DNA of 64,000 nt, from the NCBI GenBank assembly GCA_002633005.1, contig NMRA01000113.1, positions 207,683 to 271,682 of the forward strand, written 5' to 3'. Numbering within the stretch: the stretch's first letter is position 1; the number at the start of each line of letters is the position of its first letter. The notes below the pieces were generated by a model that saw only the letters and a list, made by a program, of their open reading frames with translations, made no database searches and had not been told where the DNA came from. Source of the stretch: Phoronis australis. Taxonomy: Eukaryota > Animalia > Phoronida. Of this stretch, positions 1 to 13,250 are shown in pieces. Both the position numbers and the translations under genes were made by a program.

Positions 1-378
1 GGGCAACATTAGACACTCAGGCTGATGGGCCCAAATGTCACTTCTGCAGGGGTATTAATTAGTGCCTCTCTGGGTTAAAGCTGTACAATCATACGCTTAG
101 TGACCAGGAGTTCAACTTCAATCATGAGGTTTTGTCAACCAAAACAGTTAAGAGTGTTTTCCAATGAATTGCAGCTATTAGTTCTATTTAAGTATACATT
201 TTAATCAATGAAAATAAATAGCAGTTGGTTTCAAGGTGAAATCAATGAATGAATATAATTAAAATTCAGAACGCGAGACAAAAAGAATTCATTGATGGCC
301 AAATAACTATCAGGTTTAAATAACATGACAAGGTTCGCTCAATCAAGCCAAATCAATGAAGCGCCAAAGGGCTTTCTG

Positions 379-943
379 CCCGTAAAAATGTGCTTAATCT
401 ACGCATACCTTTGCTTAATCTACGCATACGCTTGCTTAGTCTACACATACTTTTAGTTTTTTAATGATCATTGTTCTGCTCTTAATCAACACCCACTTCT
501 GCTTTATCTATGAGGAGTTTTACTTAACGCATACTTTTAATCAATTCATAAAGTCTTGCTTTTACCGCGCACGTCAGGAGTGCATGCAGTGTTAAAAACA
601 GTCAGCTGCCGATTTGGGCAAAGACTACTTGAAAAAAGTTCAGGACTGCTCTAGTTGGAAGGAAAAAGACGTTGACGGTCTCCTAAGGTGTCCCTCTATG
701 TGCAAAAGGTACTTGTAGCAATGTGAATTAGATGCTTTAATCAGTGTGAGGCATTAAATTCGCTGAAAAGTTTCCGGCTTAAGAAGCTCCTAATGGGGCC
801 AGTCTAGACGGTCGCACTGTCTAAAGTACATGTTGAATAAGAGCAGAACGATGATCGTTTGAGAACTAAAAAGTACCAGGAGGTTATGCAAAAGTATACG
901 CAAATTAAGCAAAAGCACGCCTAGATTAAGCACATTTCTACAT
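379..943. mobile_element. Degenerate MITE with inverted subterminal repeat arrays
   Basis: Left arm aatgtgcttaatctacgcatac (about 3 tandem 21-22 bp units, 388-452) is mirrored in reverse complement at 889-940 (…tagattaagcacatttctac); no ORF. Confidence 0.5.
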
Positions 944-1821
944 CCAGAAAGATACTCCTTCAAGAACCCTTTGCACTTCATACAAATCACACTATACACC
1001 AAAGCATAGATCTTGAAGGGGGTTTAGATTGTTAACAAAGGACCTTACAAGCCTTTCTTACCACCTAAGTACAGTAGATAACAACTGAACTGTAACCAGT
1101 CTAAACACAGATTTCATTTTTGGGAAATAACCTATGAAAATAAGCCACTCTACAGCATTAAATGATGTATATTGACATGTTAATCATGGAGGCAATAATT
1201 GAACTTCTCCCCAAAGAGAATGAAATGTCTATGAACTATGCAGGTGCAGGTGCTGTGTCAGACAGAATTTTGAAATGATTGATAATTTGGAACGCACTGA
1301 TTTGCGGAACTCAAATGTGACTTGCACGACAATGAATCATGAATTGCACATGAGGACTGCGGGCAATGCTTGTCACTGTGAGCCATCAGGTATCAGTGTT
1401 CATGGCCTGACGCTGATGGTCGTGTGCATTGCGTGTAACCTTTTACCAATCACAGTGTGCCATTGTAGTCCATTTTTGGTATAAACAGTACGTAAATTAG
1501 GGGCAAAATACGCAAATTACAATGCAAAATTCAGTTGAAACAGAAATGCACTGAACTGGCACATTTACCAACGCGAAATAACGTGTCAGGGCGTGCCATA
1601 ACATCCTGCAAGTATCACTATGGCTTAGCCATGTAGAAACTGGCCATAGGTGGCCGATAAATCTGGAAGCCTGGTCTACTGCACCATGCGATGAGTCAGG
1701 TACACTCACTTCATGAAGGTATAGTTTATGAAAAAGACTGTTGAAAAAATCTCACAATATTCATATAACACTATTTCAGTATTTCCACCTACAGTAAGCC
1801 ACTGTGTTTGACTACAAACTT

Positions 1822-3366
1822 AAAACAAGAGCAACGCAGAGCGCTGAAATGCGCCCACAATTGCACCGCATACGGTATCCTTCTAGGGTTGTTTATTGGT
1901 ACCATAAAGTGGCCAGTAGAGGGCATATATGTAGTATGTTGTACTTAGCAAAATGGAAAGGCATGGTCATTGTCTCCTCAATAGGCTAGGGGCAAAATGT
2001 GAGTAATCTTCATAATACAAGCACATCCTATACACCAGTTGCTTAAAGCACCACAGAAACATAGAATTAAAAACAAATTTACCAACATACGAGATTAGCA
2101 CAGCATTAGAATGCCAGAAACAAATTTCTACTTGGAACTTTTCCTTCACAGTCACGAAGTAACACAAAGTATACACCTGAAGACCTATGAAAATACAGAG
2201 GTCAATGTAAAATACTAAAATTGCCACTAGAGGCAAATACTAAAATTGCCACTAGAGGCATACCGGTAATCAGAATCATCCTAAAGTCGTTATCGTCCGT
2301 TGTCAACATCACATTAATACACTTGCTAAATTTAGTAAAGATCCTGCAAACGGTTTGGGAGATACAGCCATGGGCGCAAAAAAAACAAAACTGCCACTAG
2401 GAGGCGCCACAGTAGTCCAAATCGTCTGAAAATCATTTGTCAGCTGTCTTCCTTATAGTAAGCACATACACGGCAATTTTCACAATCATCCTTTGAGCGG
2501 TTTGGTTGATAGAGGGGTGGACGCAAAAATACAGACTCAAAAACAGTAAAAATGGCCACTATGTGGCGCAAACTATGTCGAATCCATCTGAAAACGGGAG
2601 GATAGCGTCATCTCACTAATAGGTGCCTACATACCAAATTTCATGAAAATACGTTCAGGACTTGTGAAGATACAAAGGTAAGCGTAAAAAAATTAAAATT
2701 GCCACTAGGGGGCACACCGGTAGTCGGATCCGTCCAAAAGTCGTTATCTTCCGTTGTTAACATCATATAAATATACTTACATAATTTCGTAAAGATCCTG
2801 CAAACGGTTTAGGAGATACAGCCATAGGCGCAAAAAAAACAAAACTGCTACTAGGAGGCGCCACAGTAGTCGAAATTGTCGGAAAATCATCGTCAACCAA
2901 CCTCTACATAGTAAGCATATACATGCCAATTTTCACAATCATCCTTTCAGCGGTTTGGTTGATAGAGGGGTGGATGCACAAAAGCAGACTCGAAAACACT
3001 AAAAATGGCCACTAGGTGGCGCAAACTATGTCGAATTCATCTGAAAACGGCAGGATAGCGTCATCTCACTAATAGGTGCCTACATACCAAATTTCATGAA
3101 AATCCGTTCAGGACTTTTGAAGATACAAAGGTAAGCGTAAAAAACTAAAATTGCCACTAGGGGACCCCCCTTTTAGTCGGATCCGTCCGAAAGTTTGCAC
3201 ATGCCGTCCCATTTATGAATGGAACGTATGTGCCAAATTTCATGAACGTATGTCAAAGGGTTTTGGAGATAGAGCAGCGGACGCCGGACGCCGCCCGGAC
3301 GGACGGACGGACAGACAGAGATGACGGCATAATGCGTCCACATATAAATATGTGGGCGCATGATTA
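1822..3366 (-). mobile_element. Helentron-associated non-autonomous element (HINE/DINE-1-like), copy 1
   Basis: Subterminal inverted repeat atgcgcccaca 1849-1859 / tgtgggcgcat 3351-3361; hairpin 3332-3361; (GGAC)n microsatellite about 3297-3318; short stem-loop caacgc-aga-gcgctg 1832-1846 next to an A/T run; central tandem array. Confidence 0.75.
2211..3200. repeat. Internal satellite array of HINE copy 1: ~150-bp monomers in a ~454-bp three-monomer higher-order repeat
   Basis: Motif aaaa(t/c)tgccacta recurs at about 2243, 2387, 2548, 2695, 2841, 3001, 3147; gtcgttatc at 2286 and 2740, gatcctgcaaacgg at 2340 and 2794 (period 454); 25-bp duplication at 2211-2260. Confidence 0.85.
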
Positions 3367-5245
3367 GGTAACTGGAGAACCGTGGCCATTTTGATGTTTG
3401 TCAGGCCGCTTTGCTTCTGCTTCTTTGGACGCCAACAATGCTGTGATCCTTAACTTGTGGTAGTTACACTAGCCAACACTTCCAAGGGAAAGACTATAGT
3501 TCAAGTGAATATGCCCTCATCCACTTACTACCTATACAAGTGAATCTGCTTTTAATCATCATTTCTGCTGAGAAATATTGAATTTTTTGTCAAGATCGAG
3601 ATCAGGTTCAAATCAACAGCGTAATGAACGTTCTGTTCAATTTAAATACAACCAGTTAGAGTCAGACAAGACTGATCATCAACCTACAGTCAAGTACATT
3701 ATCTTAACATGTCATCATCATTATAAAAGATCAAAATGTTGCATGTGGTACGTATCAATTACCTATTTTTACGAATACCATAAGAAGGGCAAAATACCAG
3801 CCAAAGGTACAATTTCACTAAAAAATAAAATGCAGTTGAATTCTATGAGAAGAATCAGAGCACCATCTAGACATGGGGCTGATTACAGATCGGTGACTCG
3901 GCCTAACTGTACCAGGAGTTACTTCATCCTGCCATGGGGGGTTTGACTTCATGAAAAACCCTTTCAGCCATGACTTGTTTTAAACAAACTTTATAAAGTC
4001 CTCCTCATCCCCTAGAGGCTACTGGTATCCAGACTCACGAGATCAGTCGTCATGTTGCTAATTAAAAGTCTCCCATTAATTAGATAACTGCATGGTGATA
4101 AACCTAGAAATTCTTCAGGTAGCGATCTTTTACCTGAACATTACTGCATTTCTCATATCAAGTTTTTTGCTAGAAAAATAGAATCAGCTGACTGAAAGAA
4201 GGAAGGAAGCTGGAGACCTTACTCATGTACGCTATCAAAATGACTGTCACAGAAATGACTGGTCGACCATGTTGTCATGCTGAATTATGAGAGGAATAAT
4301 TGGTTTCTGCTGCATAACCAAAGACTTCTCACTACATAGTGTCTTGTGAATGTCTTGTGCTGCCCTCATATAGAATTTAACAAGAGCACCATGGGATGTT
4401 GATATGCACCCAATATTGTGCAATGTAAAGAGGCAAAGGTTGTTAATTTTTTCAAATATTTCCTTGGTAACTATATCCATCAGTTGTCCTCTCCTCATAA
4501 GTAAACACAAACACGCGTCAAATTTCAATCGAAGAACTTCGTAGACATCAAAGCAAATGAAAAGACAACATGCCACAGTAGTCAGGTCTGTTCAAAAATC
4601 TATACGAACAGTGCTTTTCTCCATAGGAACACATTTGCCTATATTCAAGAAAATCCATTAAAACTTGGAAGGTGATGATGCAGAGGTAAAGAAAATCTCG
4701 ACTGCCACAAGGGGCACCACAGAAGCAGTTCATACTGCTTTCTTTTGTGACAATTCTTCAATTTGGCATACAAGGAGGCAAATGCCAAACATGAATATAA
4801 CAAAAATTATCACTATGGAAAAAAGAATATGTTAAATCTGTCTGAAGGGATATGCCTACTTACTTTCATAAGCAGAATTCCACACAGGAGATATCACTTC
4901 TGATTACACAATGAATGATTGCAAACCTAGAGGAACATTTCAAAAGTACATCTATCACATTTTGTACACCTATATATATATATATATATATATATACGAG
5001 CCTGATGAATAACAACCTGTTTGCAGTCCACAAGTCATTTTCTCATCTAATATACAACGCAAACACCTTGTTATCCATTATTTTTTGGAAGTGTAGACCT
5101 CATTCTAGAAATCCCAAAGGAACAGCCTATCACAGGAGGACAACTCCGGACATTTCTTAATCATGTTTTTTTCCTATTGCATAGGTTAAAAATACCTTTC
5201 ATTTCACTAATTAGGAATCGTATTGCATGTCATAAAATATCACTT

Positions 5246-6760
5246 CAAGAGCAACGCAGAGCGTTGATATGCGCTCACTGTGTACATCCAATCACATATA
5301 GGCAGATACAGGAGATGATGATCCCTATTTATAGCATTCCCATAAATTGAATAACGTAGAAAATATATCTGAAACTAAATAAGGCGATCCAGATCCTCCC
5401 AAGGATACTATTGTTTCGTGAAATGAAGAATATAAATCGGTAAACAAAACAACAAGAATGGATCAACTGAAATTTGATTTCACTAAGTACCCCTCACAGA
5501 CTTACACCCCAGTACCCCTCACAGACTTACACCCCAGTACCCCTCACAGACTTAAAAGAGAACAATATTGGATAGACAAACTGAATACAATAGAACCTCA
5601 TGGATTGAACATAAAAACTTAAAATATGTCATTGAATTTTTTACGCAAAAATGTATCATTTTCATTACACCATATCTTATCTGTCAATTGTCATTTTGTG
5701 TTTGATTTTATTTTATTTCTGTTTTTGTTGATAAAGGAAGTTGTTACCTCCGAAAATTTCAAATTTCAGTTGATCCATTCTTGTTGTTTTATTTACCGAT
5801 TTATATTCTTCATAAATTGAAGCAATGCTACTAAATTTAATAACAGTATGCAAACAATCAAGGAATACTCTCTTCAATTGGAACACACCTGCCAACTTTC
5901 ATCATGATTCTTCACGAAGTTTGGAGGATAGGGAGGCAGATGAAACAGGACATCAAAACAACAAAAAGGCCAATAGTGGGTGCAACAGAAGTCAAATCCA
6001 CCTGCAACAGGACCACTGCTATTGCCTTCGCAATAGTAACATATTTACCCAATTTCATAAACATCTATAAATGAATTTGGAATTTGGAAGGCATCAAGTC
6101 AGATGTAAAGGAAACGAAAATTGCCACTAGGTGACTTCGCACGAGATGGATTTGTCCTAAAATCCAAGCCAGTAAATGTACTCTTCTCAATAGAAACAAA
6201 TGTGCCAAATTTTATGAAGGTTCACATCTGCACGTAAGCAGGAAGTCCCAGTTTTGAACCCCAGTTGCACCAGACATCTTTTCAAACTTAAAAGGTCACG
6301 TGATGTGACCAACAGATGGCGTGTATGAAGACTAATAATTCTTATTAGTATGATATCAACAAGTTGATTTATAACAACGAAATTCTATACATCTTGATAG
6401 AGAGGCAGACACCAAAATAGTAAAAACAGCCAATAAGTGGTACAGAATATGTCAAATCCATCCAAACAACAAGAACACACTGTCATCTCCTTATTAGATT
6501 GCTAAACATCATGAAAATCCATCAAGGAACTCCAAAGATAGAGAGGCTAATGTAAAAAATAAAATTGCCACTAAGGGGGCACACCGGCAGTAGAAGAGAT
6601 CCATTTGAAAATTTACTTGGGTCGTCCCCATCCATAATAGGAACACGTCTGCAAAATTTCCCCAGCATGTATTAGGGGTTATTGGACAAACGACAGCGGA
6701 TGTCCGGTGGGCGGATGGGGATAATGGCCCAATGCACCAACATATAAATATGTGTGCATA
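5246..6760 (-). mobile_element. HINE-like element, copy 2 (older, interrupted by a Penelope-like fragment)
   Basis: Same end motifs as copy 1: caagagcaacgcagagcgttgatatgcgctcac at 5246 and aatgcaccaacatataaatatgtgtgcat at about 6731-6758; degenerate aaaattgccacta monomers at about 6117 and 6561. Confidence 0.65.
5423..5813 (+). mobile_element. Penelope-like retroelement 3' fragment (GIY-YIG C-terminus) with inverted pseudo-LTR
   Basis: 5536-5622 translates STPHRLKREQYWIDKLNTIEPHGLNIKT*, the RExxWIxxLxTxxPxGLN tail of PLE GIY-YIG endonucleases; 55-bp inverted repeat 5423-5477 / 5759-5813 with 1 mismatch; 25-bp tandem unit at 5486-5553. Confidence 0.75.
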
Positions 6761-7979
6761 AAAACAGCATTTGGTAAAATAAAATCCGCCGTTTGCATTT
6801 TTGTATTGTTTTCTACTTTTAAGTTCTTCAAACATGCAGAGGTGTCCACAACATAACCAACCAAAAGATCTTGATTAAATTCAACCTCACATCTGACATG
6901 TTATTTCAATATTAATTCAATTAATAAGAATTTTGAAGGTTCAAAAGCATCAAAAATCTATATACGGCATTAAATTCTCAGAAACTCCCTAGAAATAGGT
7001 GTTTTTCATACTTATAACAATAATAGCAGCCGGTCTGGTACATGTTGTAACAGACATGCGCTGGCTGATCTGGTGAGCACTGATCTAATAGAACCAATTT
7101 ATGCTTTATTAATATATACGATAATTACAACCGAGCTGAAAAACTAGAGACCTGACTCAAGGGTGCAGCAGCGTGCCCCAGTGAGACTCGAACCACGAAC
7201 TTGAGCAAACGAAGTGCACACTTATCCGGTATGCAATGAGGCCACACAGCCTTCTCACCCCAAGAAAAGGACCAAAAATTACCAAATACTGTTACTAGGT
7301 GGACATGGACACCAAAAGAACTTATCAACTTTGTATCTGGAGCTTAAGTAAATAAAAGGCAACTTGACAAGAGATTTGAAAAGTCATGCACAAACAGATG
7401 TAATACTTGAACTGATAAAAGACTGTGTAGGATTTACAGGATATTGTCAAAAGGCCATGCACATAGTAAAGTGACATCAAGTTTCTTCAAATGTTTTTTC
7501 AGTAACAATCAAAGAGTTATCTAATTTCAGCAAATCATCCAAAAACACCACAACTGTCATATATGTCCATAAAAGAGCACTTCCCAATTGTGCTCTTACG
7601 CATACAGTGCACAGCATTGAACAAAAAATGTGAAAAAACACTGATTTTCACACCTTTTGGAATAGTTTTTTGACTCTCCTGTTTAACGGGTGATCTGGGA
7701 TTATGTGTGTGGGAGCGTCAGACATAGAGTAATCTATATTTTGTAAACCAATTCCGTATGCTTTGTACAATTTGAGCAAGTATAATATAATAGAATGTTA
7801 AAAACCCTAAAAACCAAGTGATAAGGCAAGATTCGTAGAGACTTAGGTGAAGTTCTGTCACTTATGAGATGCAACAGGGTTCATACATGGCACTCAATTT
7901 CATTACTAAAAACTATTACAATTAATATTGTTGACTCCAAAAGTTATAAACAAACAATAATTTGTCAAAAAATCACTTT

Positions 7980-8366
7980 ATTACTGAACTTTCAAAGGTT
8001 AGAGAAATGGACTTTCATGACTTGTTACAGCATGAGATGGAGATGCTTCTCTCACCAAAACAGAAAATCACTACGACAATGTGCATGTCAGGTCACGAGG
8101 GAAGTCACTGATTGCGATCTTCTAGCAAACAAAGCCCAAGTAAACTTAGATTTTGAGCGAACTTTTGTATGCNATTACTGAACTTTCAAAGGTTAGAGAA
8201 ATGGACTTTCATGACTTGTTACAGCACGAGATGGAGATGCTTCTCTCACCAAACAGAAAATCACTACGACAATGTGCATGTCAGGTCAGGAGGGAAGTCA
8301 CTGATTGCGATCTTCTAGCAAACAAAGCCCAAGTAAACTTAGATTTTGAGCGAACTTTTGTATGCA
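7980..8366. other. ~193-bp near-identical duplication across an N (probable assembly overlap of two haplotypes)
   Basis: attactgaactttc…ttttgtatgc occurs on both sides of N8173 with only a few differences. Confidence 0.8.
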
Positions 8367-11300
8367 ATATGAGTAAGATAATAGATGGATGTAACCTATA
8401 GTAAAATCTCACAAAATTAGGACATTCAAATACAAAAATAATTTCTTGGAATATTCATTTTTCAAAATTCCATTCTTGATACATTTATTAAAGTAGATGA
8501 CATCCCGCAATGTTCAACTACGTAAGCCCGTTTTTCTTTGGTCAGCCATTCACAAACTTCAACTGACCAATCATGAAAGAGACAGTCCCATGCATGAAAA
8601 TTACATTAAGCAATTTGGTACGTAGGTCTAGTGGTCGGATCTTGCACACTTGACCATTCCTGAAATATACTGAACTTTTCTGCCTCGACCTTCAATGACT
8701 TAATCTTAAAGGTATTTTTACTTTGAGCCATTTCTTTAAGAAAAATATATCTGTGTCAGTTAAAAACCCATATGTAGAAACTTTTCGGCTCTATAAGTAT
8801 ATATGAATGTGGGTAAATCTGTCACAGTTAAAAGCCCTGTTACATTTACGGTAAAGTCGCGTGATTTTCGGACGGCCCGCCATTTTCGACCAAGAATAAA
8901 TATTTCCGAAATGAGTTTTTCATAGTCCACGAAATTCGTACAAGGTCCAAAAACTGTTTTTCAAAGATCCTCGAATTTCGGACATTGTCATAAACATCGT
9001 AATTTTGTCCCGCGACTTCGGACAAGGAAAATTTTAGAAACGGTAATTTGGGATCGACGCAACTCCTGTGTCACTAAAGCGTTCAACGGATGATTACTAC
9101 TGTAAGAGGCTTGAGTCCGAGAATCAGTACAACGGGTTTGTAATTTTTACCTTGTCTTGACGATGTCACGACCGTTACTCGATTGTCTTGCGTTTAGCTT
9201 GTGTTTGGCACTTTAGCTATGAAAAGAATCACCGAGTTCCACATAACGAAAATTTCTGATGAAAATACAAATGGGAAATACACGGAAGGCTGCAACTTTT
9301 CGTTGTAGCGTAACATGTGCTCTGGTTTAAATAGGCCGTGCTGTTCGACTCCCGACTGTGACATTGAACATGCACGTCTGACATCAACTTGCGTGTTTAC
9401 GAAACGTTTTTATTTTAAAACGTCCTGCCCTTTGCAAGTGCCAAACTATCGCCCGACAATAAGTTTTGCTGCCACTTACCTGCATCCCGGCGAATGATTG
9501 AAATCTTCGTGCAGCCGTTCTGGGCTTGCTTAATAATTTTGAATGGGACAGTTAGCAAGGAATGAGCCACCACTGACTAACATTCAGACGTGCTTCTGAC
9601 AACGCAATTTTTGGGTTGAAACGAAAATTTTTCATTAAAAATCTGTTTGCAGTTCAAACGCCTTTCGTTTTTCATTGTCTTCTTGGTAGTGCTCATTCGT
9701 GTAATGTGTTAAGCAGTGTAAAGCCCAGCAGTCAGAACGGCGTGCTGGCGCAGTGCCGCACACGCAATTGCTACAGGGATACTGCATCCCTGCCTTATGT
9801 TGTGTAAGTGCCTGTACTATAACACATATCAAAAACTAATATACACCCACGTAACCACGCTTCACTACCCTTACAAATTCTCTATCTCTGATAAGCATCA
9901 CAGATGAAAGAAGCTAGTGTGATCGTGTGCTTCGCTTGCAATACTTGACTATACATCTCGAAGTCTTCAGACTAGCGTGCTCGTGAGATTCTCACCCTTG
10001 CGGCCCTGGACGAAGACTAGGGTAGAGTTCAGTAGCTGTCTTGGGAATAGAAAAATCTAGCCAAAATCACGTTTTCAACTGAAAATACACAATATGTCAC
10101 CTAATTTCATGAATTCTTGCTTTTTAGTGAAGTCCTAGCGTTACGAGCTTTACCCCTATGTAGACCTAAAAAAGATTGAATATGCAGCGACCTAATTTTG
10201 CTTGCTCATCCACTGGTCTGTGTACTTGTGGTCTTGTTAATTCGCGCTTTGTACCGTCGGAGGTACAACACCCTGGACTCCATGGTGTCCCGAGATTAAG
10301 ATGAATCCCGACAACTGAGGACACCGGGACATGGGCGGCGCACCATAGGGGACTGGGGGGCTATAACCTCCCACTTTTTTCAGTGCTATGCCACGCATGG
10401 TCAATAGGCGATGCACCACAGGGGTCTGAGGGGGCTTTAGCCCCCACTTTTTTCAGTGCTGCGCCACCCAAGCGGTACCCTGTGGCACTCGATCTCTGTC
10501 TGCGGCGACCGTAAGAAAATCCTCCAATCATTTCGAAAAATGATAAGTCAGTTGAATCAGATTTGATAGTCGTTGCTTCTTGCGGTCCTAGGGGTAGGCT
10601 AACAAGAATACAGGACCTGCAGCCCGATGCAACGAGCCTGGGACCTTATAGGTGTTTCCGACCTGGAGTTCCATATCTACTTTCCACAGGGCCTGGTCTT
10701 CTTGTCCCTGTCACCGCCTTCAGTTGATAGTTTTGAGACAAAAAAGAAACGTGATCTTAAACTACAGACCATGCTTTTTGTATTACTTAAGATAGTTTTA
10801 GAGGCATTTCAGCTGCAAGTGTATTTAATCAGTGTGTTTGATTCAAAGAGATGACTGTTACATTGCTAATTATTATTGTTCTATTTTTACCCAAGGTGAT
10901 GCCTTACTTGCAGCAAGGGTAAATAATTTTGGGAAGTATTACCAGCGATTTCCGTATATAAGTTCGGGAAATCAAACATCTATGTAAAAATACACCAGGG
11001 CCTATACTCGGCAATGTCGAATACACGAACACAGTATAAATACTGTATCTCACCCTTATTATATTCTAGTGGGAATAGCATTATTTTCAGATTTCAAGCA
11101 TGCATTTTTATTCTCAGATATGCATCCAGGTATATTTTAGGGAAAAAATTTAAGATACGCAAATTGGGCATACCTGCTGGACTTACATACGGAAATCTAC
11201 GGTAGATCTTCTTAAACCTGTAAACCATGAAAATTTCATTTAGACAGTTTTGTTCTACTAACATGTTCAACTAACATTCCGTTCATGCAAGTCGGTCAGT

Positions 11301-11907
11301 ACGTTCGCGTTTAAGGCGTTATTGCAACAGGTTAGTGTTGTTTTGATTTTAGTTTGGTGTTTCCATATTTTATTTTGTTATGTATTCCCCTCTTCAGATA
11401 GTTACTGTTATTCTTCAACAATATTTCTGTACTTACAATGAGACTTCAGTAAACTCACAACTGATCATACTTTAAATTTTAGCATTCATTGTAAGTGTGT
11501 GACGTCCATCAGCAGATACCTGTAGGAAGAACTATTTTCCGTAACTGTAGGAAATATACGACGCAATAAAACGAAAACGGTCGACATAGATGGATTGTAA
11601 TTGGTTAAGAATACATTAAGGAAGAAAATTAAGTATATAAATAGTTGACCGGTTCTTAAATTGTGTCCTTGGTGAGTTCACGCTGTCCCAATGTTTTCGT
11701 TTTTCTTTTCAGGTCGTCTCTAGTGGATTCTTCTAACAGTCGTGATCTGCCCAGTAGCCTATTGTATCAACGTGCGCAAGAACGGTCTTGGCAGGGGGGG
11801 GGTGCACCTAGCAGACTCTCGTAGAATTAGTGGCTCAAAAGCAACATTGGTGTGCAGCAGGAGGCTGGTGGAAAATTAGTAGTGACTGAGGGAGACTGAG
11901 CTGCACG

Positions 11908-12030
11908 AAACTGGTGACGACCGTGGACGGCGTTAAACTGGTGACAACCGTGGACGGCGTTAAACTGGTGACAACCGTGGACGGCGTTAAACTGGTGACG
12001 ACCGTGGACGGCGTTAAACTGGTGACGACC
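11908..12030. repeat. 27-bp minisatellite, about 4.5 copies
   Basis: Unit aaactggtgac(g/a)accgtggacggcgtt repeated. Confidence 0.95.
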
Positions 12031-12719
12031 AGAAGAAACAGCCCTGTTGTCTTCCACGCAGATTATCAGAAAATGTTAACGATTATCAGTTTCATTTCAT
12101 CCACAAACCAATTTCACAAGTCAGAGTTTTCACTGTAGTTAAAAACGTAAGCGAACCCAGATGTGTAATGTCATCTCAGTTGCATGTATCACTGTGTATC
12201 ACTGAGTAACATCGGGCGTTTCAAAAGCTGTGGATGAGAAAGGTTTTAATTGTAAAAAACTGTTGGGTGAATTTGATGTGGGTAGCATTTGAAATTGCAT
12301 TCCCTTTCTAGACAACGCCCTTATATATATAATACGTTAGTTAATCGTGTCTTCAGCCGCGCAGCACTGTACTAGTAGACGCATTCCCATAGTTTGCAGT
12401 AGGCCTAAACATATGTAGAACGACAGCGCTTCTTCAACAATTCAATGACTACCAGAACGACGAATGGGGATCACGAGTCGATGAGAAACTACTCATTTTA
12501 CTATCGTGATTGTCTTTGTAATCTATTTTGGGTAATTGTTCATTCGAAGTTTTCATGTTGAAACTGAGCTTTCACATAATATGGAAATAAACATGTCAGA
12601 GTTAACTTGCGTTACGGTTTGTAACCAGCAGACAATGCATGGATACGTTGAACAAACATAAATATGTACTATGCTCTGGTCATTGTTCATCACTTTCTTC
12701 ATTGAAATCGTTCCCAACA

Positions 12720-13250
12720 TGCATTACTGTTACGTTTAATGCAAAATTCGTTAAAATTGAGAAAGCGCATGTTTTGATGGTCGGAAACCCTCTTTGTGCG
12801 TCGAATACGCAAGTCCAGCTTTTTATTGGGAAACCATATTAAAAAAGCGCCTATCGAGGCGCTCTTTGTGGGTTGACAGCACAAACTCGACATTTTTTTT
12901 TGAGAAAACGCATTTCTACAAAAGAGAATCAGTTGCCTGGAACGTTTCATGTGCGTCAACAACGCAAACCAGATCCACTCATTGGAAAGCCCATATTTGT
13001 CACCAGGAAGACTCCTTTTTCACAACGCAGTCCGCCATTTCAAGTGAGATAGCACATTTTTGATAAGATTCCGTCACTTGCCGAGAACGGTTTTTGAGCA
13101 TCGGTGAAGCAAGCCGAATATTTCATATTGAGAAAGGGCATCTTTGAAAAGAAGAACCAACACTTGTCGGGAAAGGTTTTTATGTGTTGACAACGCACAT
13201 TTCTTATTGGGAAAGCCAGATTTTCAAAAATTAAATCACGCAGACCGTTT
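12720..13250. repeat. Degenerate ~75-bp tandem array inside the TIR element
   Basis: Recurrent gagaaa(a)gcgcat, tgtgcgtc/gacaacgca and tattgggaaa blocks. Confidence 0.5.

Noticed and set aside
4247-4733. Overlapping minus-strand ORFs
   Set aside because: No recognisable domain or coherent exon chain
7980-8366. Tandem duplication giving twin ORFs 7864-8181 and 8153-8401
   Set aside because: Copies meet exactly at an N and differ like alleles; probable contig-overlap artefact with no protein signature
11827-12138. Repetitive ORFs (VTTVDGVKL)n / (GRHQFNAVH)n, and possible CRISPR array
   Set aside because: By-product of a 27-bp minisatellite; no unique spacers, no cas genes, eukaryotic context
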